Origin: Thermodesulfobacteriota bacterium
GTDB taxonomy: Bacteria > Desulfobacterota_D > UBA1144 > Nemesobacterales > UBA2774
Direction: 5' to 3'
Length of the DNA stretch: 64,000 bases
Assembly (NCBI GenBank): GCA_021604765.1
Contig: BQJP01000001.1
Location: 262,226-326,225, forward strand
Each line of letters opens with the position of its first letter. Position 1 is the stretch's first letter. Positions 9,804 through 19,170 of this stretch are shown piece by piece. A program made the position numbers and the translations under genes. The notes under the pieces were generated by a model. That model was not told where the DNA came from. It searched no databases and saw only the letters and a program-made list of their open reading frames with translations.

Positions 9804-10184
9804 ATGGATGGCAAATTAGTAGAACTTGGGGTAGGGCTAATAGCGGCAATTCTAGTAATCCGAGAAGTGCTTGGCTTCCTGGACAAGAAGAAATTTCACA
9901 ATGGAGATTCACACGATCACGGAGCGGTAATGAATGAGCATGTAAATGATGTAAGGTTTGCTGTATCAAAGGTAAAAGAAAAAGTGGACGATCTGCACGA
10001 CTGGCACAATAAGCGCGATGAGGACGGAGTGTTTAACTGGTATGTAAGGCGCTCACTTGAAGAAGTGATTAAAGACCTTGGTCAGAAAATAGAGATGCAG
10101 GTTGGCGTACAGACAAAAATTCTCCAGCACATGCAGAAAATGGAAGAGCTCTACAGAAAGAAATTAGATAGAGATGAGGAGTAA
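9804..10184 (+). CDS. Holin-like single-TM phage protein
   Basis: N-terminal TM helix followed by coiled coil; last gene of the phage run. Confidence 0.45.
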   Translation: MDGKLVELGVGLIAAILVIREVLGFLDKKKFHNGDSHDHGAVMNEHVNDVRFAVSKVKEKVDDLHDWHNKRDEDGVFNWYVRRSLEEVIKDLGQKIEMQVGVQTKILQHMQKMEELYRKKLDRDEE

Positions 10185-10191
10185 AACCAAC

Positions 10192-11400
10192 TTAATTCTG
10201 AACTATTACAATATTGCCTTCTGTATCCACATAACCCAGATCGCCCGTTATAAACCATCCATGCTGTAGTTTCTCTGAAGTAGTATTCTTGTTATTCCAA
10301 TATCCGGGAGTCACCATCTGACCCGCTACACATATCTCTCCAACTTCGCCCACCGAAACATTTCTACCATCTGCACCTATAATCCTTATATTTACTCCCG
10401 GCAAAGCTTTTCCAATTGAGCTTGTTCCCCCGCTGTTGAGCTCTCTATTTATAGTGAGCCAAATTGCCTCTGTCATGCCGTAGCCAAGTTGTATTATCAG
10501 GCCGGAATGATCATAAAACTTTTTTTGGAGTTCTGTAGAGATCGATTTCCCTCCGGTATAGATTCCTCTTAAAGTGGCGAATGTGTCTTTCTCCGTCATT
10601 CCTGAGTCGAGTATTTTCTCATAAACTCCGATGTGTGTAATCATCAGTGTAGGGCGTTCGTTTACAAGAGCGGGGATGGTATCCTCAACTCTATACCCCT
10701 CGTGCACAAAAATTGTCGCGCCATAGTTTAGCCCTGTGAATGTCTCAAGAAATCCGCTTATATTTATCTGTGGGTCAAGGACGAGTATCCTGTCATTTTC
10801 AGTAACATTTTCTAAAGCCGCTGAAGTGGATTCAAATATTCCAGTCATTGACGAGTAAGTGTGTGTGATTCCGTTAAACCCTCCATTTGCAGAAGGGGTG
10901 TAGAAAACCACAGCAGGATCATTCTCACTCACTTGCGTTTCATTGTATTCCCCAGCAGGTCCAAGCAGTGAGTAGAAATTATTGTAACCCTCTCTTGGTA
11001 CAACTCCGTTTACATATACAGTCTGTACTGAAGTTTTTTTGAGATCTATTTCTTCAAGCAAGCTAAGCTTGTCGAGTTCTATAATGAGACACTTTGCCCC
11101 TGATTCAATCAGAATATTTCTGAGCTCTCCCGCACCCAGTCTTCTACTTAAGGGCATTGCCACAGCTCCGGATTTAAAACAGGCCAGATAAGTAACCATA
11201 AGGTCAAACCCGTTAGGCATCATAAACGCAATGGGCTCACCCTTTAGTTCCATGGCGGTAAACCAAGTGGACATATGGCGTGACATAAGCTCGAGGTCTC
11301 CGTAAGTAAAAGACTCTTCTTTAAACTTAAGCGCAATGGTGTCCAGGTTTCTCTCTAATGTGAAATCTCTAATGTTTTCTATTCTGTTTGAGTCGCTCAT
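10192..11400 (-). CDS. AMP-binding (acyl-CoA ligase) family protein, C-terminally truncated, possibly a pseudogene
   Basis: 'GYGMTEA' and 'WFITGDLGYVD' motifs present. P-loop is degenerate (FYTPSANGGFNG) and the protein stops at the hinge, lacking the C-terminal domain. Confidence 0.7.
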   Translation of the reverse strand: MSDSNRIENIRDFTLERNLDTIALKFKEESFTYGDLELMSRHMSTWFTAMELKGEPIAFMMPNGFDLMVTYLACFKSGAVAMPLSRRLGAGELRNILIESGAKCLIIELDKLSLLEEIDLKKTSVQTVYVNGVVPREGYNNFYSLLGPAGEYNETQVSENDPAVVFYTPSANGGFNGITHTYSSMTGIFESTSAALENVTENDRILVLDPQINISGFLETFTGLNYGATIFVHEGYRVEDTIPALVNERPTLMITHIGVYEKILDSGMTEKDTFATLRGIYTGGKSISTELQKKFYDHSGLIIQLGYGMTEAIWLTINRELNSGGTSSIGKALPGVNIRIIGADGRNVSVGEVGEICVAGQMVTPGYWNNKNTTSEKLQHGWFITGDLGYVDTEGNIVIVQN

Positions 11401-11450
11401 AAGGACGTAATCTTAACAGGGAATCCACTCTATTCAAAGGTGGTTTGGTT

Positions 11451-11873
11451 CTATGGAAGGATAATGTCGCAAGTGAAATCAAAGGGACCTGAACCGTTTA
11501 GGTTTGCAAATCCGATAAATGAATTACCTGGTAGAATTTCCGATGTGGAAAGTATTGCCTCTCCAACAACTTCTCCTGTATCAGATAAAAGATCACAGTC
11601 GAGATTAGTGCAGCGGTCTATTCTGCTACAGTCCTCGCCGTTAATTATTGAAAAGTCTATCGGTGGCAAAGGGCCTCCCATCTGCTGAGTGAACTCACAT
11701 TCAAACGAGTTGCATACTGCTTTTATTGCATCATTTGGACATCCAGCAAAGGCAAGCATGAAGTTATTTACGTTTGTAATCTCAGTACATTGATTGTTGC
11801 CCCCGCTGTCACAAGCTGTGAGGCTAAGAAGAAAGAATATCGGAATGATTAAAACTAAGAGCTTGTTCTTCAT
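11451..11873 (-). CDS. Cys-rich lipoprotein
   Basis: Lipobox 'LSLTAC'; multiple Cys. Confidence 0.7.
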   Translation of the reverse strand: MKNKLLVLIIPIFFLLSLTACDSGGNNQCTEITNVNNFMLAFAGCPNDAIKAVCNSFECEFTQQMGGPLPPIDFSIINGEDCSRIDRCTNLDCDLLSDTGEVVGEAILSTSEILPGNSFIGFANLNGSGPFDFTCDIILP

Positions 11874-11956
11874 AATGCAATTGTCTCTGATTTTTTAGGT
11901 GGTTTCTACAAAAATTTAATTATAATAATAAATTCACAATAGAGCGCTTGGCGGTA

Positions 11957-12340
11957 TTACCACTCCTCACCAATCCATTTGATCGCTTCTTCAAGCTCGT
12001 CGTTGTGAAATACTTTTACATCCCCGGGGACTGACATTGTCTCGATTGCAAAGCCGAATATTTTCCCCGCCTGCTGGATCCAATTCACATCAGTCACAAT
12101 TGCGATCTTCTCCCAGTCTGTAATATGAGCAAGCCCGACTTTGGCATCATCCCACATAGCGCCTGCTTCAAATCTCTCAAACTCTTCCCCCAGATGATAA
12201 AGGAGACGAACCTTTTCGTGGAGCTTAAGTTTGTCTTCCACAGTGGGTATCAAAACCGTTTCGTAGTCTTCTGCGGTTACATTGCCCTTGGCAGTAAATC
12301 CCACAGCATTGTCTGGTAATCCTTCGATTGGTTCTAACAT
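11957..12340 (-). CDS. STAS/SEC14 domain (SpoIIAA-like) protein
   Basis: 'AVGFTAKGNVTAEDYE...EKIAIVTDVNWI...VKVFHNDELEEAIKWI' family pattern. Confidence 0.85.
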   Translation of the reverse strand: MLEPIEGLPDNAVGFTAKGNVTAEDYETVLIPTVEDKLKLHEKVRLLYHLGEEFERFEAGAMWDDAKVGLAHITDWEKIAIVTDVNWIQQAGKIFGFAIETMSVPGDVKVFHNDELEEAIKWIGEEW

Positions 12341-12408
12341 TGCTCCTCCCTCCAGTAAGTTCTAGATATATATTACATTATAAATTCCCACGAGTAGAAA
12401 TGTTTTTG

Positions 12409-14343
12409 CTAAGGGCGTTTAATTCCAAGTGTTTTAATGCGTGATCTGAGTGTCGAAGGGTTCATTCCAAGCAATTCTGCTGCACCGTTTTTACCGTAAA
12501 TACGCCATTTTGTCGATTCAAGTGCGTTTAATAAATTGTCCTGCTCGAGCTTCTTGAAGTCGTTCTCGGTAATAACACCGCGCTCATTGCTGTCCAGTAA
12601 GTTCTCTTCAAGACTTGAGAAGTTCCCGTTTGTTTCGGGCAACGTATTGTCGAGCATTAACTCAGAGCCTGGTGATGTAATAAGTGATCTCTCGATTACA
12701 TTATGAAGCTCTCTTATATTCCCAGGCCAGCTGTAACTTTTTAAACGCTCTGTAATATCAGGCGACAGCGGCCCCAATCTTCTGCCAAATCTTTTTGCGC
12801 ACTTCTCAACAAATGCAGATGCTAGTAGAGGGATATCATCTGGGCGATCCTTGAGAGGTGGAACATTGATCGGAAAGACATTTAGTCTGTAAAAAAGGTC
12901 TTCACGAAACTTGCCTTCTCTTACCATCTCGTTTAAATCACGATTAGTAGCGCAAATTGCCCGCACATCAACTTTAACAGTTATAGAGCTTCCAACAGGG
13001 TCAAATTCTCCTTCCTGAAGTACTCGGAGTAATTTAGACTGCAAATCAAGCGGGAGTTCTCCAATCTCATCCAGAAATATTGTGCCCCCATCCGCTAAAC
13101 TAAAACGCCCTTCGCGTTTAGAGGTGGCTCCGGTGAACGCTCCTTTTTCGTGCCCAAAGAATTCACTCTCCATTAAAGCAGGTGATATAGCAGCGCAGTT
13201 AACTTTTATTAAAGGCTTATCACTTCTTTTGCTCCGGTTGTGAATAGCCCTTGCTACAAGCTCCTTCCCTGTTCCTGTATCTCCCGTGACTAAAACAGTC
13301 GCGTGAGTTTGGGCTACCTGGTTTATCTCATTTAATACTTTCTTTATTGCTCTGCTATTGCCTATTATTTCATTGTAATCTGATAACTCTTTTATCTCTT
13401 GCTGTAAATATTTAGTCTCATCGATCAGCGTGTTGATCTTCCTCTCTGCTTCAATCCTCTCGTTTACATTTCTTAGTATTACTGTGTAGAAGATCTCTCC
13501 CTCTATTTCAAAGCCTGAGAGAGTGGCTTCTGTTAAGAGTACATGGCGGTTTGCTGTGATAATTTGAAGCCCCCCAGTTATCCAAAGGTTTCTCTTCTCC
13601 TGAGGCAATAAATATAATTCCTTTAGAAGTTCAGCTATTTTGATCTGGCTCTCTTTTCCCAGGAATTCATAAAAGTCTTGGTCTTGAATTTCTGTTTTGG
13701 ATAGCCCAAACAGCTCTTCACCGGCAGGATTTACCATCTTTACTTGTGCTCTGACGTTAAGCTCGATAATCGCATCCATGGTCGAGCCAACAAGCTGAGA
13801 TAACTTCTGTTCACGCTCTCTCACCTGCGATTCAGCACGCAGTCTCTGCAGCTCAGCCGCAGCGCGCGCAGCGAATATATTAAAAACCCCGATTAGCTTT
13901 GGGTCCTCAGGGATAGCTTTTGTATCGAGTACTGCAATATAGCCGAGCGCTCTACCGTCTAAGTCTTTAAGCGGAACACCCATATAACTCACTGCGTTTA
14001 GCTCTTTTAAAGTCGGATTATCAGGAAAAAAATCTATGATATTTTCAGGGTAGTGGACAAATTTATCATCTATAATAACTTCCTCACACACCGTGCCTGC
14101 AATGTCATACTCATAATCCTCAATCCACTTTCCACCCATAAGGAACGCAAGTCCGCGGAGCTTTCGCGTTTCTGATATATACTCTGTAATCCACGCCCCA
14201 TCTGTTCCTAAGGCCAGGCTCAAATTTTCCACTAGTGAGCGGAAGAATTCTTCACCCGTATGTGTAACTGTGCCCTCAACGATGTTTCTTAAGACCGCAT
14301 CCTCATCGAAGATGCGGTCGGATTTGTTTTCTTGGTCTGTCAT
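12409..14343 (-). CDS. Sigma54-dependent transcriptional activator (GAF-PAS-AAA+-HTH, FhlA/NifA-like)
   Basis: [24 protein letters not shown] and WPGNIREL motifs; C-terminal HTH. Confidence 0.95.
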   Translation of the reverse strand: MTDQENKSDRIFDEDAVLRNIVEGTVTHTGEEFFRSLVENLSLALGTDGAWITEYISETRKLRGLAFLMGGKWIEDYEYDIAGTVCEEVIIDDKFVHYPENIIDFFPDNPTLKELNAVSYMGVPLKDLDGRALGYIAVLDTKAIPEDPKLIGVFNIFAARAAAELQRLRAESQVREREQKLSQLVGSTMDAIIELNVRAQVKMVNPAGEELFGLSKTEIQDQDFYEFLGKESQIKIAELLKELYLLPQEKRNLWITGGLQIITANRHVLLTEATLSGFEIEGEIFYTVILRNVNERIEAERKINTLIDETKYLQQEIKELSDYNEIIGNSRAIKKVLNEINQVAQTHATVLVTGDTGTGKELVARAIHNRSKRSDKPLIKVNCAAISPALMESEFFGHEKGAFTGATSKREGRFSLADGGTIFLDEIGELPLDLQSKLLRVLQEGEFDPVGSSITVKVDVRAICATNRDLNEMVREGKFREDLFYRLNVFPINVPPLKDRPDDIPLLASAFVEKCAKRFGRRLGPLSPDITERLKSYSWPGNIRELHNVIERSLITSPGSELMLDNTLPETNGNFSSLEENLLDSNERGVITENDFKKLEQDNLLNALESTKWRIYGKNGAAELLGMNPSTLRSRIKTLGIKRP

Positions 14344-14412
14344 CAGAATTAATTCCTTATCACCATTCTATCATAGCGAGCTAAACATAACAGTTGTTTT
14401 AAATCGCTTTGG

Positions 14413-14985
14413 TTATTTCTGCTCAATATTAACTTCCACGTTTGTACCGTTTCTGGCGACATCTAAAATTGGCGAAAAAGTTGTAAGCTGTTTTAATTTT
14501 TCAATATCGTCAGTGTCGGATTTTATCTTAAAGTTGATCCGAATATTCTCATAACCTTTTCTGACTTCATCGTTTATTCCTAGCAGCCCTCTAAAATCTA
14601 CATCCCCCTCAATCTCAGACTCGAGCTCTTCAATCTTTATTCCCTGCACGGCTGCGTGATAGACAAGTGTAGTGGTAATGCAAGAGGCTAGGGCATTTAA
14701 GAAATGCTCGGGTGGACTTGCGCCTCTGTCCTTACCGGCAAACACCGGGTGCACATCTGAGTTTAACTCAAACGGCTCTTCGTGGGTATTCTCCTGGCTC
14801 GCTCCAAAACATGATGAAATGGTTGAGTGATTGTGCCCGCCGTCTACCCACTTGTTTGAAAGTTTAAACTTAAAATTGGCAAGCTCCTCATTCTCACAGA
14901 ATGCGTTTACTGCGTTTACAACGTGGTCCACATCCACTCCGTTTAATGTGTTTACCGTCTCTGAAGTATTCTTTTGATCTGACAT
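14413..14985 (-). CDS. OsmC family protein
   Basis: 'LNGVDV', 'PPEHFLNALASCITTT', 'GYENIRINF' and 'SPILD' motifs. Confidence 0.85.
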   Translation of the reverse strand: MSDQKNTSETVNTLNGVDVDHVVNAVNAFCENEELANFKFKLSNKWVDGGHNHSTISSCFGASQENTHEEPFELNSDVHPVFAGKDRGASPPEHFLNALASCITTTLVYHAAVQGIKIEELESEIEGDVDFRGLLGINDEVRKGYENIRINFKIKSDTDDIEKLKQLTTFSPILDVARNGTNVEVNIEQK

Positions 14986-15027
14986 GATTACTACCTCCTA
15001 AGTAGATTTGATTTACTTATACTTTAG

Positions 15028-15043
15028 TGCATCAACCATGCCA
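15028..15043 (-). promoter_or_regulatory. Sigma54 (-24/-12) promoter of the osmC-like gene
   Basis: Minus strand TGGCATGGTTGATGCA has correct GG-N10-GC spacing, upstream of osmC-like gene and next to the activator gene. Confidence 0.75.
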
Positions 15044-15111
15044 ACACACATGTGTGTGTGAATATGTAGTCGCTACAGTGGGTTAGGAGTTGTCTCTCAA
15101 GTTGTTTTAGT

Positions 15112-15165
15112 TGTGAGATTTCACGAACTGTGAGATTTCACGGTAAATATCAGCGAAATATCACG
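15112..15165. promoter_or_regulatory. Putative upstream activator sequences for the sigma54 activator
   Basis: Tandem quasi-palindromes tgtgagatttcacg (twice) and gcgaaatatcacg, about 70-120 bp upstream of the -24 element. Confidence 0.6.
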
Positions 15166-15236
15166 GTTTTCTGAAGCCAACGTTTAACTTTCCTGCGCTG
15201 GGATTAGCTTAGATTTGTGAATAGTAAAGCGAAGAA

Positions 15237-15275
15237 GAAAAGGGGGCCTTAACTGCATGCACCAAGCCCCCTTTC
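15237..15275 (-). terminator. Intrinsic terminator
   Basis: aaagggggc/gccccctt stem with a T-tract on the minus strand, just after the 15305-16153 gene. Confidence 0.6.
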
Positions 15276-15304
15276 TTGTTGTTATTTTGGTTCTTACTTA
15301 ATTT

Positions 15305-16153
15305 CTATTGTTCGCAGCGTCTAAGTGATTCACCAAGGCAAATATCGTTCCCTCTGCCGCCGTTTATATAATCATTACCATCTTCACCGTCGATATCATC
15401 GTCTCCCCATCCTCCCCAGGCTCTGTCGTCACCAAATCCTAAATCAGCGATATCATGGCCAAATCCTGCAAATACTCTGTCATTTCCAGCGCCTGAATCT
15501 ATGCAGTCGTGTCCGGGAAATGCAAAGATCACATCATTTCCAGGTGTCCCGCATATAATGTCGTCCCTAAAGGTGCCGTAGATATAGGTCTTGCCTCTAT
15601 ATGTAAAACCCTCTGTAATTGCGTTGGAATCTGTACAATCGCATATTTCACAAGCGTCTCCAATGCCGTCCATATCGCCATCTTCCTGTCCGGGATTTGG
15701 ATCATCAATGCAGTTGTCATTAGCATCTGCCACACCGTCCATGTCTGTATCCATAATCGTTTCCTCAACACACATCCCGGTATCTATATCACATATCGGA
15801 AATGAAGGGTCCATGCAGTCTGTGTCACTAACGCAAGTATCAGGAGGGCCTTCACACACGCCAGTAGGGCCGCAGAACGGTTTGCTTGGGTCTGTACAGT
15901 CAGAATCTGTGGTACATGTATCTGCTGCAATGCATTGTACACTTTCAAAACAAGCTGTCTGACTAAGAGTTATATCGCATTCTTCGTCCGCATTACAATT
16001 CAGCACCGAACAAACAATTTCGGCGGAAGGACAGATGATGCCAATGTTTCCTAATTCAATTGCAATCAGACCATATTCAATTGCCGTTGCCCCATGCGAC
16101 TTAGGCGCCATCAAACCTAAAGCTAAAATAAGAGCTAAAATAAATTTTAACAT
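15305..16153 (-). CDS. Secreted Cys-rich Ca-binding protein (thrombospondin type 3 and RTX-like repeats) with a Flp-pilin-like motif
   Basis: Signal peptide; GATAIEYGLIA; CxxDxDC repeats; 'DTDMDGVADANDNC...DGIGDAC'; GGxGND nonapeptides. Confidence 0.8.
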   Translation of the reverse strand: MLKFILALILALGLMAPKSHGATAIEYGLIAIELGNIGIICPSAEIVCSVLNCNADEECDITLSQTACFESVQCIAADTCTTDSDCTDPSKPFCGPTGVCEGPPDTCVSDTDCMDPSFPICDIDTGMCVEETIMDTDMDGVADANDNCIDDPNPGQEDGDMDGIGDACEICDCTDSNAITEGFTYRGKTYIYGTFRDDIICGTPGNDVIFAFPGHDCIDSGAGNDRVFAGFGHDIADLGFGDDRAWGGWGDDDIDGEDGNDYINGGRGNDICLGESLRRCEQ

Positions 16154-16438
16154 TCTACAACCTCCTTAGAATATTTAGATGCGACTAATCTAATACCCCA
16201 AAAGGAGACGCTCCTTAAAGTAATTTTGCCATAGCTATCTTCAAGGAATCTTTCTGTTCCGCCCCATACACCGTTCTATATTGAACCCTCCGCCCAGGGA
16301 TCCTCCATAATCATTGGAAAATTCAATTTGTTCAAAATCAATTGAGGTACCTACCGCATCTAGTTTCATTATTTGCATATATAGACAAATAAGTCAAGGA
16401 TTATTTTGATCAAACGTATGTTCGGCAGGAAGGCCTAC

Positions 16439-16478
16439 AAAAAAAGGAGCTAATACAGCTTATGTACTAGCTCCCTTT
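16439..16478 (-). terminator. IPTL-CTERM-associated terminator family
   Basis: ggagcta...tagctcc stem with T-tract on the minus strand, about 30 nt after the stop. Related copies at 19661, 37321, 43056, 44290 and 50434. Confidence 0.7.
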
Positions 16479-16510
16479 GGTAAATTCTTAATTGAAATAT
16501 TTTTTAGATT

Positions 16511-17398
16511 TTAAGCAGCAACTTGCCTTCTTCTCATAACCATAAATCCAACTACTCCAAGAACACCAGCCATTGCAATCAAACCCCATTCAGATAGGGT
16601 TGGAACTGGTGAAGGTCCGCACGTGTCGAGCCACGCTAGACCGTCAATTTGTTCACCGTCAGCATTATTGGGGCCTATCAGCGTAGATGCGCCTGTATTT
16701 ACATTTAAGCTATACAATTCAATGCTGTTGTTTGCATAGAGAATTTCGTTTCGCTCGTCGTATGCTAAGCCCATGTTGTTTCCGGGTTCTGAGACGCCTG
16801 TGGCGCCAACTAAGCTTGTGTCCCCGGTGGTGGTGGAAATCGTATATAAATTTCCTTCTACATTCAGACCATACAAAATCTCATTTGCATCGTCATATGC
16901 TAATCCGGCGAACTCAAGACCTGAACCTACACCTATTGTCTGAGTATTCCCATTAGGGAACTGCACTGTGAGTATGCTTTCGTTATCTTCATCAGTGGAA
17001 TATAAAATGTTTTCTCCACAGTCGTCAGATGCCAGCCCCCACCAGTTGCTCGATCCGTTCTGATCGCCCAGAAATGTAATAACACCATTTGTTGCTATGG
17101 AACCTATGGTAAATTCATCCGGTATAGGGCTTCCAGGATAATCTTCGAGATCAACGCCGTAAAGAGTTCCCTCTATGTAAGATAGCCCTACTATGCTCGT
17201 CTCTCCATCGGTTGTTACAAATGGTGTTGCCTGGCCGGTGTTGGGACTAATAGTGTACAATACGCCGACATCTGCACTTGAGAGTCCGATCAACCCTTGA
17301 GGGAATCCCTGGGCATTTACTGCGCCTGCTGTTAAGAATAGAGCCAGCATTAACACTAAATTAATTCTGGCAAATAGATATACCAATCTGTTTTGCAT
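16511..17398 (-). CDS. IPTL-CTERM sorting domain protein (beta-propeller-like)
   Basis: Signal peptide; 'GLAYD...LYG...LYTI..TTG' repeats; C-terminus VPTLSEWGLIAMAGVLGVVGFMVMRRR. Confidence 0.9.
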   Translation of the reverse strand: MQNRLVYLFARINLVLMLALFLTAGAVNAQGFPQGLIGLSSADVGVLYTISPNTGQATPFVTTDGETSIVGLSYIEGTLYGVDLEDYPGSPIPDEFTIGSIATNGVITFLGDQNGSSNWWGLASDDCGENILYSTDEDNESILTVQFPNGNTQTIGVGSGLEFAGLAYDDANEILYGLNVEGNLYTISTTTGDTSLVGATGVSEPGNNMGLAYDERNEILYANNSIELYSLNVNTGASTLIGPNNADGEQIDGLAWLDTCGPSPVPTLSEWGLIAMAGVLGVVGFMVMRRRQVAA

Positions 17399-17438
17399 AT
17401 CATCCTCCGAGATATTTGGTTTTCTTTTCTGTTTTTAT

Positions 17439-18143
17439 TTAAGCAGCAACTTGCCTTCTTCTAACAACCATAAATCCAACTATTCCAAGAACACCAGCCA
17501 TTGCGATCAAACCCCATTCAGATAGGGTAGGGACTTCTGTAGGTGCAATTTCAGCCATATAAACAATTCTTTCATAAGACATGGCGTCGGGACCACTATT
17601 TAAGTCACCTTCATTATTTCCAATACTTCCACACCTGTATCCGCCAACATCTCCCTGCAAGTGCCAGCACAACCTTTCGTTGTTTGCACCACTGGAATCA
17701 ACATCGCAATTGTTTTTTTCAACACTGTCTCCAGCTCTTACAAATCCCCATGCAGCTCCCTCTTCATCTCCCATGAGACCGTCATTATTAAAATACCAGC
17801 CCACACCGTTGGCTATGTGGGTAAAATCGTTGTTGTCATTACCCGTATTGAAAGTAACGTCACTTCTTTCACCCTGTGCGAGGAGCATAATTGTCTGACT
17901 TCCAACTGGTTTGCAGGCTAGCATCAATCGCTCTCCTGGGCAATTGGCGAGCACTTCATCAGCATTCATGAATATATTATAAGTGTCGCGGTAGCATTCA
18001 ACCCAACCGCCATTGTTTACTGTTGCTATTGGAACATTTGTCTGTGGCCCAAATGGCAGATACTGAGCTTTAGCTTCAACACTATAAAAAGATGGAATAA
18101 AAACAAGGGATAAAACTATAAAGAAATATCTAAAATTTGTCAT
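17439..18143 (-). CDS. IPTL-CTERM protein with a Cys-containing passenger domain
   Basis: Start refined to MTNFRYF (SD ggagg); C-terminus VPTLSEWGLIAM...VVRRR. Confidence 0.9.
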   Translation of the reverse strand: MTNFRYFFIVLSLVFIPSFYSVEAKAQYLPFGPQTNVPIATVNNGGWVECYRDTYNIFMNADEVLANCPGERLMLACKPVGSQTIMLLAQGERSDVTFNTGNDNNDFTHIANGVGWYFNNDGLMGDEEGAAWGFVRAGDSVEKNNCDVDSSGANNERLCWHLQGDVGGYRCGSIGNNEGDLNSGPDAMSYERIVYMAEIAPTEVPTLSEWGLIAMAGVLGIVGFMVVRRRQVAA

Positions 18144-18180
18144 TTTATCATCCTCCATAGACGTATGCCAATTTATATAG

Positions 18181-18209
18181 ATAGTAGTTGATATAACAAT
18201 TTGAGTCAA
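18181..18209 (-). promoter_or_regulatory. Sigma70-type promoter
   Basis: Minus strand TTGACT-17 nt-TACTAT upstream of the refined start at 18143. Confidence 0.55.
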
Positions 18210-18338
18210 GGACTAAGTCGGTATTGTTAAGGTAAATCTTTAACTGTCTCACTTGTAGTTATGTAGAGACTACTTTGGAAATTGGGTCAAGAATCATTAT
18301 TATTTAAAAATATATAATGAATCAGGGAGGGATTGCAC

Positions 18339-19148
18339 ATGGAGCTCAAAGACTTTTCAGGATACAAGATAATAGACCTTGAGTTTGTACGTACGGTAGG
18401 GATGCCGGGATATGTTACTCACAAGCCTGTATTTGGCTTTGAGATTACTCATCCTCACTCGGATACTGATGCAAATGTTCAAGGAGTACGCACAAGCGCA
18501 TGGGGCAGCATTATTGCTAATGAACACTCAGGCACTCATGTAGACGCGTTTTGTCATCAGGCGGAGAGTGGAATTATGTACGGCGGCGTTGAAATAACTT
18601 CTGAAACTGAGACTAGGGCCGGATTTACCGTACACGGCGCTGAGAATCTGCCCATATTTTTTAATAAGGGGATTCTTCTTGATGTGCCTCCTCTAAAAGG
18701 TTTGGAGTCAATTGAGCCCGGGTATCAGGTAACAGCAGAGGATCTTCTTGAGTGCTGTCGAAAGCAGGATGTTGAGATAACTGAGGGTTGTGTGGTGCTA
18801 GTCAACCTTGGCAACGCCCGATTCTGGAACGATACAGAGCGCTATCTCAATTGCGCAGGGATGAGCGCCGAAGCCTCACAACTGCTAGCTGATAAAAAAG
18901 TTAAAGCCGTCGGTGCCGATAATTTTGCCTGGGACGAGATGGGTCACTTTGAAGAAGAGATGCACTGCAATGGTCCAGGGCATGTGATTCTAATTGTCCG
19001 AAACGGCATAAATATCTTTGAAAATCTCAATCTAACTGAGCTTGCTGCTTCTGGCGCGCACGAATTTATCTTCGTTGCAGCCCCCATAAGAATCAAAGGC
19101 GCCACTGGCGGATCAGTGAGACCATTTGCTTTGATTACCGAGAAATAA
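18339..19148 (+). CDS. Cyclase family protein (kynurenine formamidase-like metal hydrolase)
   Basis: 'EHSGTHVDAFCH', 'IFENLNL' and 'APIRIKGATGGSVRP' motifs. Confidence 0.9.
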   Translation: MELKDFSGYKIIDLEFVRTVGMPGYVTHKPVFGFEITHPHSDTDANVQGVRTSAWGSIIANEHSGTHVDAFCHQAESGIMYGGVEITSETETRAGFTVHGAENLPIFFNKGILLDVPPLKGLESIEPGYQVTAEDLLECCRKQDVEITEGCVVLVNLGNARFWNDTERYLNCAGMSAEASQLLADKKVKAVGADNFAWDEMGHFEEEMHCNGPGHVILIVRNGINIFENLNLTELAASGAHEFIFVAAPIRIKGATGGSVRPFALITEK

Positions 19149-19170
19149 GATCAGTAATAAGCGGGAATAA

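Larger units (their letters stand above)
1..10184 (+). mobile_element. Right end of prophage or phage-derived element (tail and lysis modules)
   Basis: Co-oriented run of tape measure, tail, tail-tip, endolysin, holin and spanin-like genes in canonical late-operon order. Left end lies outside the window; no integrase or att site seen. Confidence 0.85.

Noticed and set aside
1..10184. Diversity-generating retroelement or invertible tail-fibre system
   Set aside because: No reverse transcriptase, adenine-mismatched repeat pair or invertase seen in the window.
15044..15060. acacacatgtgtgtgtg palindrome/dinucleotide run beside the sigma54 promoter
   Set aside because: Too short to claim phase variation or an operator.
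16241..16369. Minus-strand 42-aa ORF MKLDAVGTSIDFEQIEFS...
   Set aside because: No SD or recognisable family; may be a gene remnant but cannot be supported.
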